Assembly (NCBI GenBank): GCA_008632985.1
Contig: QPGO01000124.1
Coordinates: 186,001 to 243,876 of the forward strand
DNA from: Psammoneis japonica
Taxonomy: Eukaryota
Reading direction: 5' to 3'
Length of the DNA stretch: 57,876 bases
Position numbers and translations under genes: made by a program. Shown piece by piece: positions 12,890 to 25,249 of this stretch. Every line of letters starts with the position of its first letter. The stretch's first letter is position 1. The notes below the pieces were generated by a model. The model was not told the origin of the DNA, did no database searches, and worked only from the letters and a program-made list of their open reading frames with translations.

Positions 12890-14310
12890 AGACAGATCTT
12901 GCGGCACAAATGCCGCCAGTCTAACGCAAGCAACGAGGACAGTGAACATAGAAAATGTGACAGCATTCCAAGCAGAAAGAATTGCTGTTGTCAGCTGTTG
13001 CTTGTTTCCTGTCTCTCTGTTGTTGTTTCTTCTTGCTTTTGCAGTGCAATGAGAGCAAGCTTGTCTCGCTGCCCACTTCAAGCCTGTCTCACACACTTCC
13101 TTCCCACTGCCATGCTGCACACAGTGATCAAAGCATTTTGCTTTTCAACTGTGCCACAAAGTGCTCTGAGTTGGCAATGCAAGAGGCGGCCAGGCAGCAC
13201 TGCTGCTGCTCTTGGCTGGCGGCCTCACAAGCAGTGGCTGTGCATGATGATGTGCACTCTTGAGCCACCACCTGGTGCCAAGACTGCACCGAGTTGACTT
13301 GCTTCTCCCTGTGTGGCTTCTTGACTTTGCCCACGCCATCCTCACTGAAGCAAGCCTTTGTTTTCTCACCCTGCTTTTGCCGCTGCTTGTTTTGCGCTGG
13401 CACACGCTGGAGAGGATCATTTCTGGCCACCTCGTCAGATGCTGCATGCCTGTGAATTTCTGCTCTTTTCATCTTTTCTTTTTGTTGTTGTTGTTCTGGT
13501 TGCTTTCTGCTCCAACACACAGCAGAGCTGCTTTTTTTGCTGCTTGCACTGCTGCTCTTGCCCGTGACCTTGGTGCCTCAGGAGAAAAGCATTGTGTTGC
13601 TGGGAGCTCTGCACCAAACACCAAAGCTGCAAAGACAGTTGCCCAGCTCTGCAAAGAAGTCATGGAGCACATGCTTGTGTTCTCATTTGACAAAAGCAGT
13701 GCACAACAGCAGAGAGACATCCTCAGCAAGCTCCGGTGCTTTCGCGCATGCTTGGAGATTCATCGACAAGCGTGCTGGAGCAGTTTTTTGTGAGGCAGCT
13801 TCAACGACAACTGGGTCACACCTCAAAGTGGTGTTGAAAACACTTCTCAGGGTGCTGCTTGGTCATGGACAACACACAGAGATTCTTGGCTGGCCTGCTG
13901 GGGTGGCAGCGAGCTTTTGCTGGGGTTGTGCTGCAAAGCATCTCACAACTGCTTGCTTTTGGCTCCCAAAACAGTCTCACAATTTTCCCTTTTTGGCATT
14001 TTGTTCACCCCTTCCACCCAGTTCTTCAAGGCACAGCACATGCCACTGTCCTCTGTGCAGGCTCTTGCCCCCTCTGTGGTGGCTTCTCTTCTTGATTGCT
14101 TCTTCATGTTGCTGCTGCTCTGCCTCCTCTTGCAGCCTCCTCCTCCACTGGTGTTGGTGTGGCTCAACACCCTGTTTCTGCACAAGCTCCTTGCCTGCAT
14201 GTTGCATTTTGCTTCACATGTTGTTCCTTGTCCTTGAGTGCAGCTGCCTTTGGTGACAGGTCCTTGTGCAGTTGTCAGTTCTCCCAACTTTAACATCCGG
14301 GTTACTTTTG
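12890..14310 (-). repeat. Dispersed repeat, probably a decayed transposon, ending at CCGGGTTACTTTTG
   Basis: Inverted homology to 40897-41640 (which begins CAAAAGTAACCCGG) and to 50510-51240. The end coincides with the switch to normal TA content. Confidence 0.75.
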
Positions 14311-14478
14311 CGAGATGAATCATCAAAACCTTCAGCCCACACCACGAATGCCGTTATTACCGGGCATCCGCCGGGCGGTATTTTGGTTTTGAGAAAGCGT
14401 CACCGAGGGCGTTGTGCATCGCTCTTGCTTTCCTACATCTCTCATCTACTCTATTTTGCTTCTATTTAATCACCTCTA

Positions 14479-16447
14479 ATGTTGACAACACGGGTGGAAA
14501 CGAACGTGTTGGTCGCTGCTGCATGTGGTTCGTCAAGGGCGTTGTTCTGGTCACAGCTTGTCGAGCTACTGTCGCTGCTTTTGTTGGTTTGTTCCGGAGA
14601 GGCCATTACATTTGCAGTGATTCCAAAAAGTACCGCAAGTCCCTACTTTCAACAAGCAGACCGTGGTTGTCAGGAAGCTGCCAAGGATCTGAATGTCACG
14701 TCTCTCTTTGTCGGCAAAGACGTTCTCTATACGAATTCAACGGATCAAGCAGAAGTACTGTCCAATCTGCTACAGAATGTTATCAACAATAGAACCGCCA
14801 ACAAAATAGATGGAATTGCCATTGCCGTGTTTAATGAAGACATTATGACACCGTTGATCAACCAAGCGATTAGGGAAGCCAACATTCCTGTTGTGACGTT
14901 TGATAGTGATGCGCCGCAAAGCAACCGTTTGGCGTACATTGGCACGGACAATCGCTTTTTGGGGACAGAAATTGCAAAAGTATTGAAGCAACTCAGACCG
15001 GAAGGAGGGACCTTTGGTATAATGTCACATTTCAGTGAGAATGTGAGGGAACGCGAGAATGCATTTCGTCGTGAAGTGCTTGAAAATAGCAATGGCAAGT
15101 GGGTGGAATTGGAGACAAGCCCGTCGTATCCGTCAACCTATGAGGAAGCACTCAACGCCACTTCTAATTTTGCAAAACTTGGTCCAACAGCCATTGCATT
15201 AATGTTGGAAGGACCCATGAGGGTAACAGAAGAATGGGAACGGATTGTTGACACTCACAAGGAAAAAGATATTGTCTATGTCAGTGGAGACGGTTCTACC
15301 AACCAACTTGATTTGTTGTCACGACGAAAGTGCCACGGCCTTGTAGCACAGTTACCGTACGAAATGGGATATGTCGCTATACAAGTCCTGCATGATTTGG
15401 TACAAAACAACAAAAGTAGCGTCGCTCAAGAATACATTGGTACAAATGTTTTGACGCACATTCAAGTTCCACTTATCCTTCCCCACCTCGAGGTCGATAC
15501 GAATCGCATTGGAGGCCTTGCCATTGTAGGCTTTATCCTCTTTGCCTTGGTTTCCATAGCTTCTATGGATTCATTGTATGGACGTTTACAACAGGAAGAA
15601 ACAGGTTGTCAAGGCATCACAGCCAATATTTCTTATGTTCGTTGCCCTAGGAGCACTCATCATGGTCTCGTCCATAGTGCCCTTATCGTTTGACGATAGC
15701 ACTACCAAGCTCGGTACGACTGGGATCTGTATGAGCGTACCATGGCTTAGCTTTATGGGATTCTCCATTACCTTTTCGGCCTTGTTCAGTAAAACACGTC
15801 GCATCAATCGCATCTTCAAAAAGGGTCATGCCTGTACACGAGTCAAGGTCGAACCGCATCAAGTATTAATTCCCGCTGCGGTTCTTGTTCGGCCAATGCC
15901 GTGGTCTTGATTTGCTGGACCGTACTGGATCCCTTGACCTATGTCCGTGAAAACCACGCAGGCACGGATGGGTGGAATCGAGTCATTTCTACTACGGCGC
16001 ATGCCGTTCGGATCACGGCTATCGGTACTTTGTGCCTCTCGCTGTGATTAACTTGATTGTTCTTGTTATTGCCAATTGGCAGCCTGTCAAGCGAGACATA
16101 TTACAACCGAGTTTTCAGAGTCCAAGTACGTGACGCTGGCGATGGTATCCATGTTGCAGTGCGGAGCCATGGGGATTCCTGTTTTGTTTTTTGTGAGGGA
16201 GGAACCGCAAGCGTTTTACCTGATTTTGGTCTTTATGTTGTTCATTGTGTCCATGGGAGTGCTTCTTTTGATCTTTGCTCCAAAAATTCGCCTTCAAAAG
16301 AAATATTCAAAAGCTACTCCCGAGCAACAACGGAAAATGATGGCAATTTCTGTCCGGGAGTCACACCAGCAAGAAAAAAGTACGACGCCGACGGTGCCAA
16401 ACACTCCTCCGCCAAGGGAAGAACCAACTTCGAGCCTCAAGGAATGA
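14479..16447 (+). CDS. Class C (GABA-B-like, 7tm_3) GPCR with an N-terminal RbsB-like periplasmic sugar-binding domain; about 5 small frameshifts in 15560-16085
   Basis: Signal-like hydrophobic stretch, then IPVVTFDSD, AYIGTDN and VAQLPYEMGY. 7TM motifs VVKASQPIFL, CMSVPWL, FSALFSKTRRINRIF, CWTVLDPL, EFSESKY and LIFAPK lie in shifting frames with no intron-sized gaps. Confidence 0.85.
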
Positions 16448-16614
16448 AAGAGAATGGTGACAGGTTTGGCACAGGACTTACGATGGGGTTCACAACAATT
16501 TCCATCTTAGGCATTATAGTAAGTATGAATGACATGCAACAGTATGAACCTGATGAACCAGCTGCGCATGCCTTGCTTGTAACGCTGCTGACCGACGACT
16601 GCTCAGTATTAACC

Positions 16615-18549
16615 TCATCGGACAGGCTCTCTCACCTGAAATGGAAATGCTTCTGATGCTCCAAATTCGTCACCTGACGTAATCAGATTGGCCCTATCGC
16701 TGGTGTCCTCTCCAAAAAACAATTGATAAAAGCCTCTCGTTTCAAATTTGCAACAAATTCCATCACCAAATGAATCTGAGATTTCAAAGATGCACGATGC
16801 TCCGGCTCTGGTTGTCAAGACCTCTGTCACGCGTTCATTTGCTCGGGCGTACGTTGAGGGATTCACCCTTATCAACTCCGAGTCGTCACAAACCATGCTC
16901 CACCCTGTTTCCGATGGATACTCATCCAGCTGAATCACAACCGTGAGTTTGACAGGAATGCTTGGAGTAGGCGAAACCGTTGGAGACAGCGTAGGAGCTC
17001 GAGTTGGAAACCGAGTCGGAGGTCGTGTCGTTGGATATGGGGTGGGAGGAGGTGGCACGTAAAATTGAGGCTCTTTAGTTGGAGAGCTTGTCGGAGCTGG
17101 CGTTGGTAGAGAAGTAGCAAAAAGACTCGTGGGTGGCGATGACGGTGGGCCGGGTGGCGCAGGAGGACCGATAATCGTACCAAATGGAGTCGGGCGTGAA
17201 GTCAAGGCGAATGTTGGCACCGAAGTAGGCAGTTGAGTTGGCGAAAGAGTTGGCGCTGGAGTTGGACTAGTCGTTGGCGCCGCAGTCGGAGGCGATGTTG
17301 GATCTCTCGTTGGGAAACTCGATGGCACAAACGATATTGTCGGAGATACCGACGGAGCCAAAGAAGGTCGGAAAGTGGTCGTTGGTGATGCCGACGGAAA
17401 GGTAGTTGGAGCCTGCGTCAGTGGAGCTACCATGGTAAAATCGACCTGAGTTTTAGACGTGAAATTGCCGTCCCCATTGGCCAGAAGAGTACCGTTAGAT
17501 GAATAAACTTGTCCATAGTGGATCCGGAAAAATCTCCCGTCTTCTAAGCCGTCGCCACCTGCATCCTCCAACACAAACGTGCATTCTTGTCCAACCGTAA
17601 CAGGAAACTGAGCAGTCAAATTGCGATTAGCACTCCTCTCATCATCCACTCCAATCGGAAAGTTTGCCCTATTGGTTCCGTCGCAGTCCAGTTTCCATCC
17701 CGTTTCGCGAGGCTTAGAGTCGAGCCCAACAACGACCGTAATCTGTTCTTGCGCAGTCGGCGCCGGCGTTGTGGTAGGGCTGCTGCTTGGAAACGAAGTC
17801 GACGGCGCCAATGTTGCTGGCGGTGAAGGCGAAGACGACCTTTTTGTAAGCGGAACAGCGATGCCAATAGACAAAGCCACTAAATTACAAACGAGGACAG
17901 CAACAGACAAACGGGTTTTCCAAGGATGGACAGGAATAGCGGACGCGGACGCCATTTCTTTTCCATCATTGTTTGAGGGTGTCACAAGTTCAGCCTGCAG
18001 GAGAGTTTCGCCTTGATGCTGCGGTGTTTGAGACGAAGCAGTATCAGCAGTAGTAGTATTTGCTTGCTGTTCCATCTCAATGTCAAACGCATCATCTTCT
18101 TCACGGTCACTGGTCAAGTCAACTCCAGGACCAGCCATGCGAACTGCACCAGGAACAACACCAGCATCAACCGGCACATCAGTAGGCTCAAAATGAGAAA
18201 GAGCAACTTCGTCACCTGAAGCTTCGCTTTTTGGCCCTTGTTGTGCTTGGCTTAGTCGATACCGAGACCCGGGATCTTTGTTGGAAATGTCGCTGTCATC
18301 AAGAACAGATTCTCCAAGAGATTCGGCCTTGTGGTCTTTCTTTTGACATTCATTTTGGTGACGTGAAGGTAGTCCTTTTATATCGTCACGTTGTTGCGGC
18401 TGCTTGTCATCAAATGAAGCTGCGTACGCTGCGTAGGAAATGCTGGAACTGGAAGCACCAGTTCTATCCGCACGCGATGCGTCTTTGTCGTTTTCGTTTC
18501 TGCATTCTTTGTCGGCGGCATGGTTCTTCATTGTCATGCACTCTGGCAA
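16615..18549 (-). CDS. Single-pass membrane protein (644 aa) with Pro/Thr/Ser-rich stalks and two copies of a LDxxPxETGW...DxxGDG domain; function unknown
   Basis: Intact ORF with normal codon content. Acidic disordered N-terminus, TM helix LSVAVLVCNLVALSIGIAVPL, PTxxPT repeats and a duplicated extracellular domain. Confidence 0.85.
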   Translation of the reverse strand: MPECMTMKNHAADKECRNENDKDASRADRTGASSSSISYAAYAASFDDKQPQQRDDIKGLPSRHQNECQKKDHKAESLGESVLDDSDISNKDPGSRYRLSQAQQGPKSEASGDEVALSHFEPTDVPVDAGVVPGAVRMAGPGVDLTSDREEDDAFDIEMEQQANTTTADTASSQTPQHQGETLLQAELVTPSNNDGKEMASASAIPVHPWKTRLSVAVLVCNLVALSIGIAVPLTKRSSSPSPPATLAPSTSFPSSSPTTTPAPTAQEQITVVVGLDSKPRETGWKLDCDGTNRANFPIGVDDERSANRNLTAQFPVTVGQECTFVLEDAGGDGLEDGRFFRIHYGQVYSSNGTLLANGDGNFTSKTQVDFTMVAPLTQAPTTFPSASPTTTFRPSLAPSVSPTISFVPSSFPTRDPTSPPTAAPTTSPTPAPTLSPTQLPTSVPTFALTSRPTPFGTIIGPPAPPGPPSSPPTSLFATSLPTPAPTSSPTKEPQFYVPPPPTPYPTTRPPTRFPTRAPTLSPTVSPTPSIPVKLTVVIQLDEYPSETGWSMVCDDSELIRVNPSTYARANERVTEVLTTRAGASCIFEISDSFGDGICCKFETRGFYQLFFGEDTSDRANLITSGDEFGASEAFPFQVREPVR

Positions 18550-19999
18550 AGCACTGATCTAAGAAGGAACCAGACCGACTAATCAAGAGAGGTCTGGTTT
18601 GTGTTGACGTGATGAGTTGGTGTATTGGTCGCTCTTTCTACTACTGCTATGAATACTCTACTCTCTCGAGCTAGTAGTAGTAGCTACTCTAGCTACTACT
18701 CTAGAGCTAGAGTAGCTAGCTACTACTACTAGCTAGTAGAGGAGGTAGAGGTTCAAAGGTGCGTTATCACGAGTCGTGATCACCCAATTCCCGCGCGTTT
18801 GTTGAGTCGGGCTTCAACATGGGTGCCATCACTCGCGTCGTAATCTGGTCGTAATTTCAAAATTGCTCGCACCGGCACAGAAAAACAAAGATGAAAACAA
18901 AATCGGTCATTTCGGTCATTGCATGCGAATAAATCCAGCTGCATGATGGCTCAGCCACTCACAGTGCCAGTGTGACAACGATGTGACGATCCCACAGACA
19001 CTCCAAGGCCTGTTGCAACTGCTTGCAACAAGTGAGTGCCGTTGGAGGATGACCCATCAAGATTTTGCAGGGGAGGGGCTGCATTCACCCAGCCACATTT
19101 TGGCACATGAGACATGCCCGCCCCCCCCTTCATGCAAAATTTCCACAGATGTGACAAATGGAAATTGCCGTGCTGATCTTTCGAAAATTGTTGTCACTTT
19201 TTGTCGACGCACCCACGGAGACTCATTTTCTCCACGACGTTTTCTTCCCTCACAGCAGCGTTCTTGCTCTCTTGTCTTTTGTCTCTTGGGTTGACAAGCA
19301 GCTCTGATGTTGGTGTCAGAGAAACAGGAAGGAGCAAATTTTGGCACTCAAATGGAAACCGGTTGACACACGTGAGCCAAGCACATGGAGCCGATGTTGC
19401 AGCCATTGTTGAGTGGAAGGGCAATGATGGGAGTTTGTGGAGAGTCGTTCCTTGCTTCAGAGTTTCTTTGCACAAAATGTCTTCCACTGTTGACTCAAAG
19501 TCTGGGCCAAAATGTTCAAAACCTGGTGGATCAGCAACTGTCTCCAATGTTGTTGGTCAAGCTTGCTGTTGCATCGGTTGGGCCAACGAGCAAGAGATTT
19601 GGGTCCAGCAAAGGTGGTGTTTGCAAACCAGCATCTGGTGTAGAAGCCAAACAATGCAAAGGATCCACACCGGGGATGCTTCCCACAAACAGTCAGGAGC
19701 TGAGTGACTCACCAGCCCACCACCACCTTGAGTGGCAAGAAATGCATTTTCCAACAGACCCCTGCTGAGTGAATTGTTTTTGCATTCATTTGGCAGTGCC
19801 AGAAGGAAATTGGGTCACACTTCTTTCAGAACCTGAGTGGTCAGCTCATCCAGTGGACAGCAATTGGAAACACTCAGGTTCCTTGCACCATGACCCTTCT
19901 TGCAGCTAGTCCCCTTGTGCACCATGGACACATTTTTGTCCCAAAGTTAACTCAAGCTGGCATGTTGCCAAAATGCGGCAGAAATTCAGGGGGGGCTTC

Positions 20000-20590
20000 T
20001 TGATGGGTCATCCTCCAATGGCGCTCACTTGTTGCGCAAGCAGCTGCAACATGCCTCAGAGTGTCTGTGGGATTGTCACATTGTCATCACACTGTGACCA
20101 AAATGACAGATTTTGTTTTCATCTTTGTTTTGCTGTGCAACCAATTTTGAAATTGTGGCCATGTCACAATGCGAGTGATGGCACCCATGTTGAATCCAGA
20201 CTCAACAAATGTGCAGGAATTGGGTGATTGCGACTCGTGACTGCTGCACTTTTGCTGAACCTCCACCTGCCAGCTGGAGTGGCAGCAGTGGAAAGAATGT
20301 GCACCAACTCATCACATCAACACAAACCAGACCTCTCTTGATTGGCTGGTCTGGCTCCTTTTAGATCCATGCTTTGCCAGAGTGTGTGACAATGAAGAAC
20401 CAGCCGCCAACAAAGATGCAGAAACAAGAATGACAAAGACGCATTGCATGCGGACAAAACTGGTGCTTCCAGTTCCAGCATTTGGCAACGGCCGAAGACA
20501 GGAGATTTTTCCAGATCCACTGTGCGGAAGTTTGTTCAACTGATGGCACTCTTTTGGCCAGTGGGGACAGCAATTTCACTCAAGACAGCG
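20000..20590 (+). pseudogene. Inverted, internally deleted, hypermutated duplicate of the 644-aa gene and its upstream region
   Basis: 20000-20483 is the reverse complement of about 18440-19060. 20490-20585 reads RRFFQIHCAEVCSTDGTLLASGDSNFT versus GRFFRIHYGQVYSSNGTLLANGDGNFT in the gene. Confidence 0.9.
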
Positions 20591-21474
20591 GTGGACTGCT
20601 GAGTCACTCAGCTCTAGACTGTTTGTGGGAAATCATCCCCACTGTGGATCCCCTTTGCATTCCTTGGCTTCCACACCAGATGCTGGGCATGTTGCATGTG
20701 CCAAAATGTGTCCAAAAATCAAGTCGGTTGTTGTTTCACCCTTGTCACCTGCTCCCATCCAAGCAGGAGTGCATTGTGTCTGCATGAAATTTGGAAAATC
20801 TCCTCAAGTGCTTTCTACATGGAACCCCCTTTCTCCAGCTTGGCATGTTCCTTGCTTGCATCAGTGCTTAACTGAGCAGCATGAGTCACCCGAATGTTTT
20901 GGCAATGATGTGACAGAACAGTTTTGAGACTTCCAACAGCTTTGTCAACGACTTTTCTGATTGAAAGCATGGCCCCTGTGCTTTCCTTTGCACCTGGACA
21001 ATCTTCAAGTTTGATTCACAGCTCCCTGTCACAGCTGTGTTGTGTGTTTGCTGACTTCTGCTTGCATTTTGGATCACAGAAAAAGGCTTCTCTTTCACAC
21101 AAGGACAGCAAGGGAGGTTCACCTTTGACCAAGGGCAGCAAGGCAGGATCACAGTCTCCCAAACACCAGATCCAGATCCTGTCGCGCAGCTTCCTCATGA
21201 GAACCTCAATTGTCAGATCACTCCATCCATGCTGCTCCAACACGTCTTGGTCAATTTCTCTGTTTGTGTCATTTTCCCAACCATCAACTCCACATCCTGA
21301 TGAGCTCTTTGCAAGCTCTGACAGCTCCCTCAGATGTTTGCCGTCAAGCCCTTCCTCCAAAAGCTGTGAAAATGGAGTTGTTGCACCATCACCTTCTGCC
21401 CTCAACGGGGATTGTTTCAGCCAGGTTGAGCAAACGACAGCATTCTCTTGGCACCACTTTCATTTGCAAGCCCT

Positions 21475-21924
21475 TCAATGAGTCGGCATGTGCAACACTT
21501 GAGATCTGTCCCAAAGCAGTGGTTGAGTGGCACTTGCCTTGGTGCTTTGATTCACATGAACAATGCCAAGCAGATTGCGATCATTGTCCAACAGGGGACA
21601 ACCACTGCACCCGGGTGCAGAATGAGCAGCAACTGTCAATTGCGTTTCCTGCATTTCAATGACCTGCCCTTTTGTGCAAATGCTTCCGTGTCCAATCACC
21701 AGTCTTCCAACCACACCTCTGCACCTTTCGAGCAACAGTTTGTCATGGGAAAAGAATCCAGAATTAAGGTTTTTCTTCATGGCACTGTGCAATCGGCAGG
21801 CAACGTCATTCTTGCCACTCAAGACACAGTCTTCTGGCAAGAACAAGTTTGTCATTCGAAAGGGGGATGCACTGCCAGGAGGATCTTGGCATTTTTTGTC
21901 TGCTCCCCAATGCAGTTCAAACAC
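21475..21924 (-). pseudogene. Trypsin-like serine peptidase remnant
   Basis: HSAPGCSGCPLLDNDRNLLGIV resembles the GxSGxP catalytic motif. Lies in a TA-depleted region. Confidence 0.5.
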
Positions 21925-23559
21925 AGGTGGCAGGGGCCCTGAAGCTGCATGCTGTGCAACACGACAGGTGTGCTTCGCTGCTTTGTCATTTGATTTTGGA
22001 GGTTGATGACTTCCACAAGGACATGCACTGCAGACACAAGGCAGACAAATTTGCCAGCGGCCACAACAAGGCCAAGGCCAATGTTTGCTCTGTTCCTGTC
22101 ATCATCACCATCATCGTCAATGTTGCCATTGTCTTTGCTGCCCACAAAGACTTGTTTGATCTTTGCCATAAACACGGATGAATTTTTGTCTGCAATTGTC
22201 CCAAGAAGCTTGCTCTCAAGGCCTTCAAACTTGCTCTTAAGGTTTTTAGAGGCTTTTCCAACCTCCTCTTGTGCAATTCAGCGCAATGTGGATTCAAGCT
22301 CTGATTCTTGGGCTGCCATCTTCTCCTGCCACAATGATTTGCAGCACGGGTCATGGTGGAAGCACAATGTGGGAGCACAATGCAAAGAACCATTTGCAGT
22401 GCAACGTGAACAGCGATCACTGTTCGGCTGTGTGTGGTGCATGTTCCCACAGCTTTCGAATTCTCTCTTTTTTTTCATGGAGAGGGGGTGTCTGTCTGTC
22501 AACCTCAATGAAAAACTGTGCTGGCTCGTGGGACTCACAGTGCAGCACCTGTGCGCACATGCGTGCGCATGCACGCACAGCATGAGTCATGACACAACTC
22601 GGCGCACGGCTGCAGAGAGAGCAACGCACCGGCACTTGCCACGGCAGGTCTGCCATGTGCGGCAGGCAGTTTCAGCGATCGTGGACAACGGCCGGACAGA
22701 TGATGATTTGGCGATCGCATCGTGTGTCGTGTCGCATCTCGCATCGGCAACCGGGCCTTTGGATTTAGATGGGCACGGCCATAATTTTCCATCGATTGTG
22801 CCATGCAGGCCCTGCGTGACATGCAGCATGTAAACCAAGTGGCCCAAAAGCACAATCGTTCAAGCGCACTGTTGCACCTGTGGTTTCTACGTGGAAAACA
22901 CATGCAAATGACGTGCAAATGTGCGGCGGGGCCCCGCCGTGGGGATGCCCGTTTTTTCCCTGAAATCACCCCACTGAATCCAAAGGCCAATTGGCGATGC
23001 AGAGAGGATCAGATTTGGACAGTGCTTTGTTGCTTCTTAATGTGCAACAATGACCAGCAAGGTGAGATTGAACTGCACATTGCCATTTTTATTTGTTCTT
23101 CTTTGCTGACATCCTGATGTTGTGTTTTCATTCCCAGGGCCCTGGGTGAGAAACTTTTGGACACATCACGAGGTTTTCCACTTGTTTCTACGTGACACAC
23201 ATGTTCAGTGCCAAATCTGTGTAAAAAAATCGAGCTCCATGGGAAAGACACATTTGTTTTATGTCTCGAACTGGGAGTCGCCTCAAATCTGTTGAAAGCA
23301 TGTTGGCGGAAGTCGCTTGCACGCTTGCATGCAACAACAGATCGCACGTAAATTTGCCAAGTGGGACAGACATTTCTGGTCACATGCAATGTCCGTTGTT
23401 GATCCGTTGAGCCTTCAACGGACGTCAAAAATCTGTTGAAACTTGGAAGTTTCAACAAAAAAACTGTTGAAACTTTTTTCGAGGTTTCAACAGTTTTGTT
23501 GTTGAAAGCTTGAGTTTCAACAAAAATGCTTTCAACAAAAATTCACACAAACTGTTGAA

Positions 23560-24480
23560 ACTGTGACGTCATCCACTGCTGTGCCGGCTGCACGTTGAAA
23601 AGCGGCAAGCCCAATTCGAGCTGACACTGCACGACAACGCAAACAGCCTCAAAGCAGTGGCGGTGTTTCTCGACGCCGTGGCAAAACGTCCCTGAGAGAC
23701 AAGCGAAGTTCTTGATGTGGGCATTGAAAGCCTCTTGACGAGACCACGCCCGGCTCTTAAACTTTTGCAGCTCAGGTGAGTCATGGGGATTTGGTGTGCT
23801 TGCTTTCTTTTTTTCGCCTTGGCAACCTCTGTCACCAATTGCGAGCTTTCCTGCAGGAATTTTCTTGATGAGCTTCTTGCGGAACATCGCAATGTCATGC
23901 TTGGAGGCCTTGGCCGGTCCTCTCATCCATGCAAGGCGGTTCTCATAGATTGAGAGGGCAAGTTCGTAGGTCAAACCGGCTTGATTGGTTTTGTGGGAGT
24001 GACATTTCTTGTTTTTGCCACAGCGGGTGCTGTGGTTCGTTCACCCGGCAGTGGACACCGTCGACTGAAATGAGGAATGTGGCAGGTCAGGAGCGGCTCG
24101 ACTCCACTCTTCTGGCCACACAATTTTTTGTTTCTTGAGTGCTTGCATCTTTTTAACATGAACTCAAACCCACTTGCGTGCCGTGTTCTCACAGACAGCA
24201 AAAACAGCCGATCGGACCTCCTTCGTCTTGCAGAGTTTCAAGAAGTTGAGCGCCATCAAGAAATGATCCAAGCTGATGTCGTCAGGAGCAACATGAGCTT
24301 TTTCAATCTCAGTCGTTTGGAGATCGTGAAATGCATGCTTGCAAACTCTGGGAGTAGATCCAAACAACTTTTTGAATCGGCAGACGCAACAATCCTTTCC
24401 AGACTGTTTCTGGCAATGCGAGTCTACACCACAGAGAGCCAGACCCCTTTGGAGCATGTCAGTGGATGACATTTTCATCA
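23560..24480 (-). pseudogene. DDE transposase (DDE_Tnp_4/Harbinger-like), decayed
   Basis: SVDGVHCRVNEP, KHD, IGDRGC (from DxGY) and RQEAFN...KNFACL motifs, with stops and frameshifts. Confidence 0.85.
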
Positions 24481-24848
24481 TGGCACTCGGCAAGATGTGG
24501 GAAAGCAACAATCAAATGAAGACAGAGGAGTCTTGTGAGATTTTTGTGCCCGTGTGGTTTCTCAAACATTCGTGGGACCTGCTCCGCACTAGCCAGTTGC
24601 TTGCACTGGGTCCACACGACACACTGCGTGTCATGCTGCAAATGTAGCCTCACCAGAGTCTAGTTTTTACATGCGGCCATGTTCCACCAGTGGCGTGTTA
24701 GCTCTGGTGTGTCAGCTCTAGCTGTGTCGGTCCAATCGACAGCAATCATGACACAAAATCATTCACAATCTCGTGGCCACAATTCACGCTCGTTAGCAAG
24801 ATCCACACTTGCTCACACTTCTGGTTCTTGCCACACTAAACACACAGG

Positions 24849-25221
24849 AATGATGTCAAACAACATGTTCAACAAAGGCGACATTGTCAACATTGCTGGT
24901 GGGAAGTGCGCGGGCGAGCAGGGAAAAGTCAAGAAGGTCACAAAGAAGAAAGTGAAGGTGTTTTTGCATGACAATGATGACATCCACTGCATCTCACAAA
25001 AGCATTGCAAGAAAGTGAACCCGGAGGAAGAGATTGAAAAGTTGTGCCTCAAGCTCTTCCATGTGAAAGTCACCACCAATGGCATCGCCACACTTTCGTC
25101 TCACATGGTCACAGCGTTCAAAGCACACCAAAAGGACAGCGAGCCCAAGAGGGCCAGGAACAATCGTTCAGGCAACAACATGGTGGAACAAAGTGTTTGC
25201 GGATTGAGCCAGTTGTTTTAA
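24849..25221 (+). pseudogene. Small KOW-motif ORF inside the Harbinger-like element
   Basis: FNKGDIVNIAGGKCAGEQGKVKKVTKKKVKV matches the KOW pattern, with GKY changed to GKC. Confidence 0.55.
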
Positions 25222-25249
25222 GCTGTCATGTTGGCAGCGCACGGCAATT

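Noticed and set aside
23430..23560. GTTTCAAC/GTTGAAAC repeats resembling CRISPR repeat ends
   Set aside because: Irregular short spacing, and mirrored at 39810-39870, so better explained as transposon subterminal repeats.
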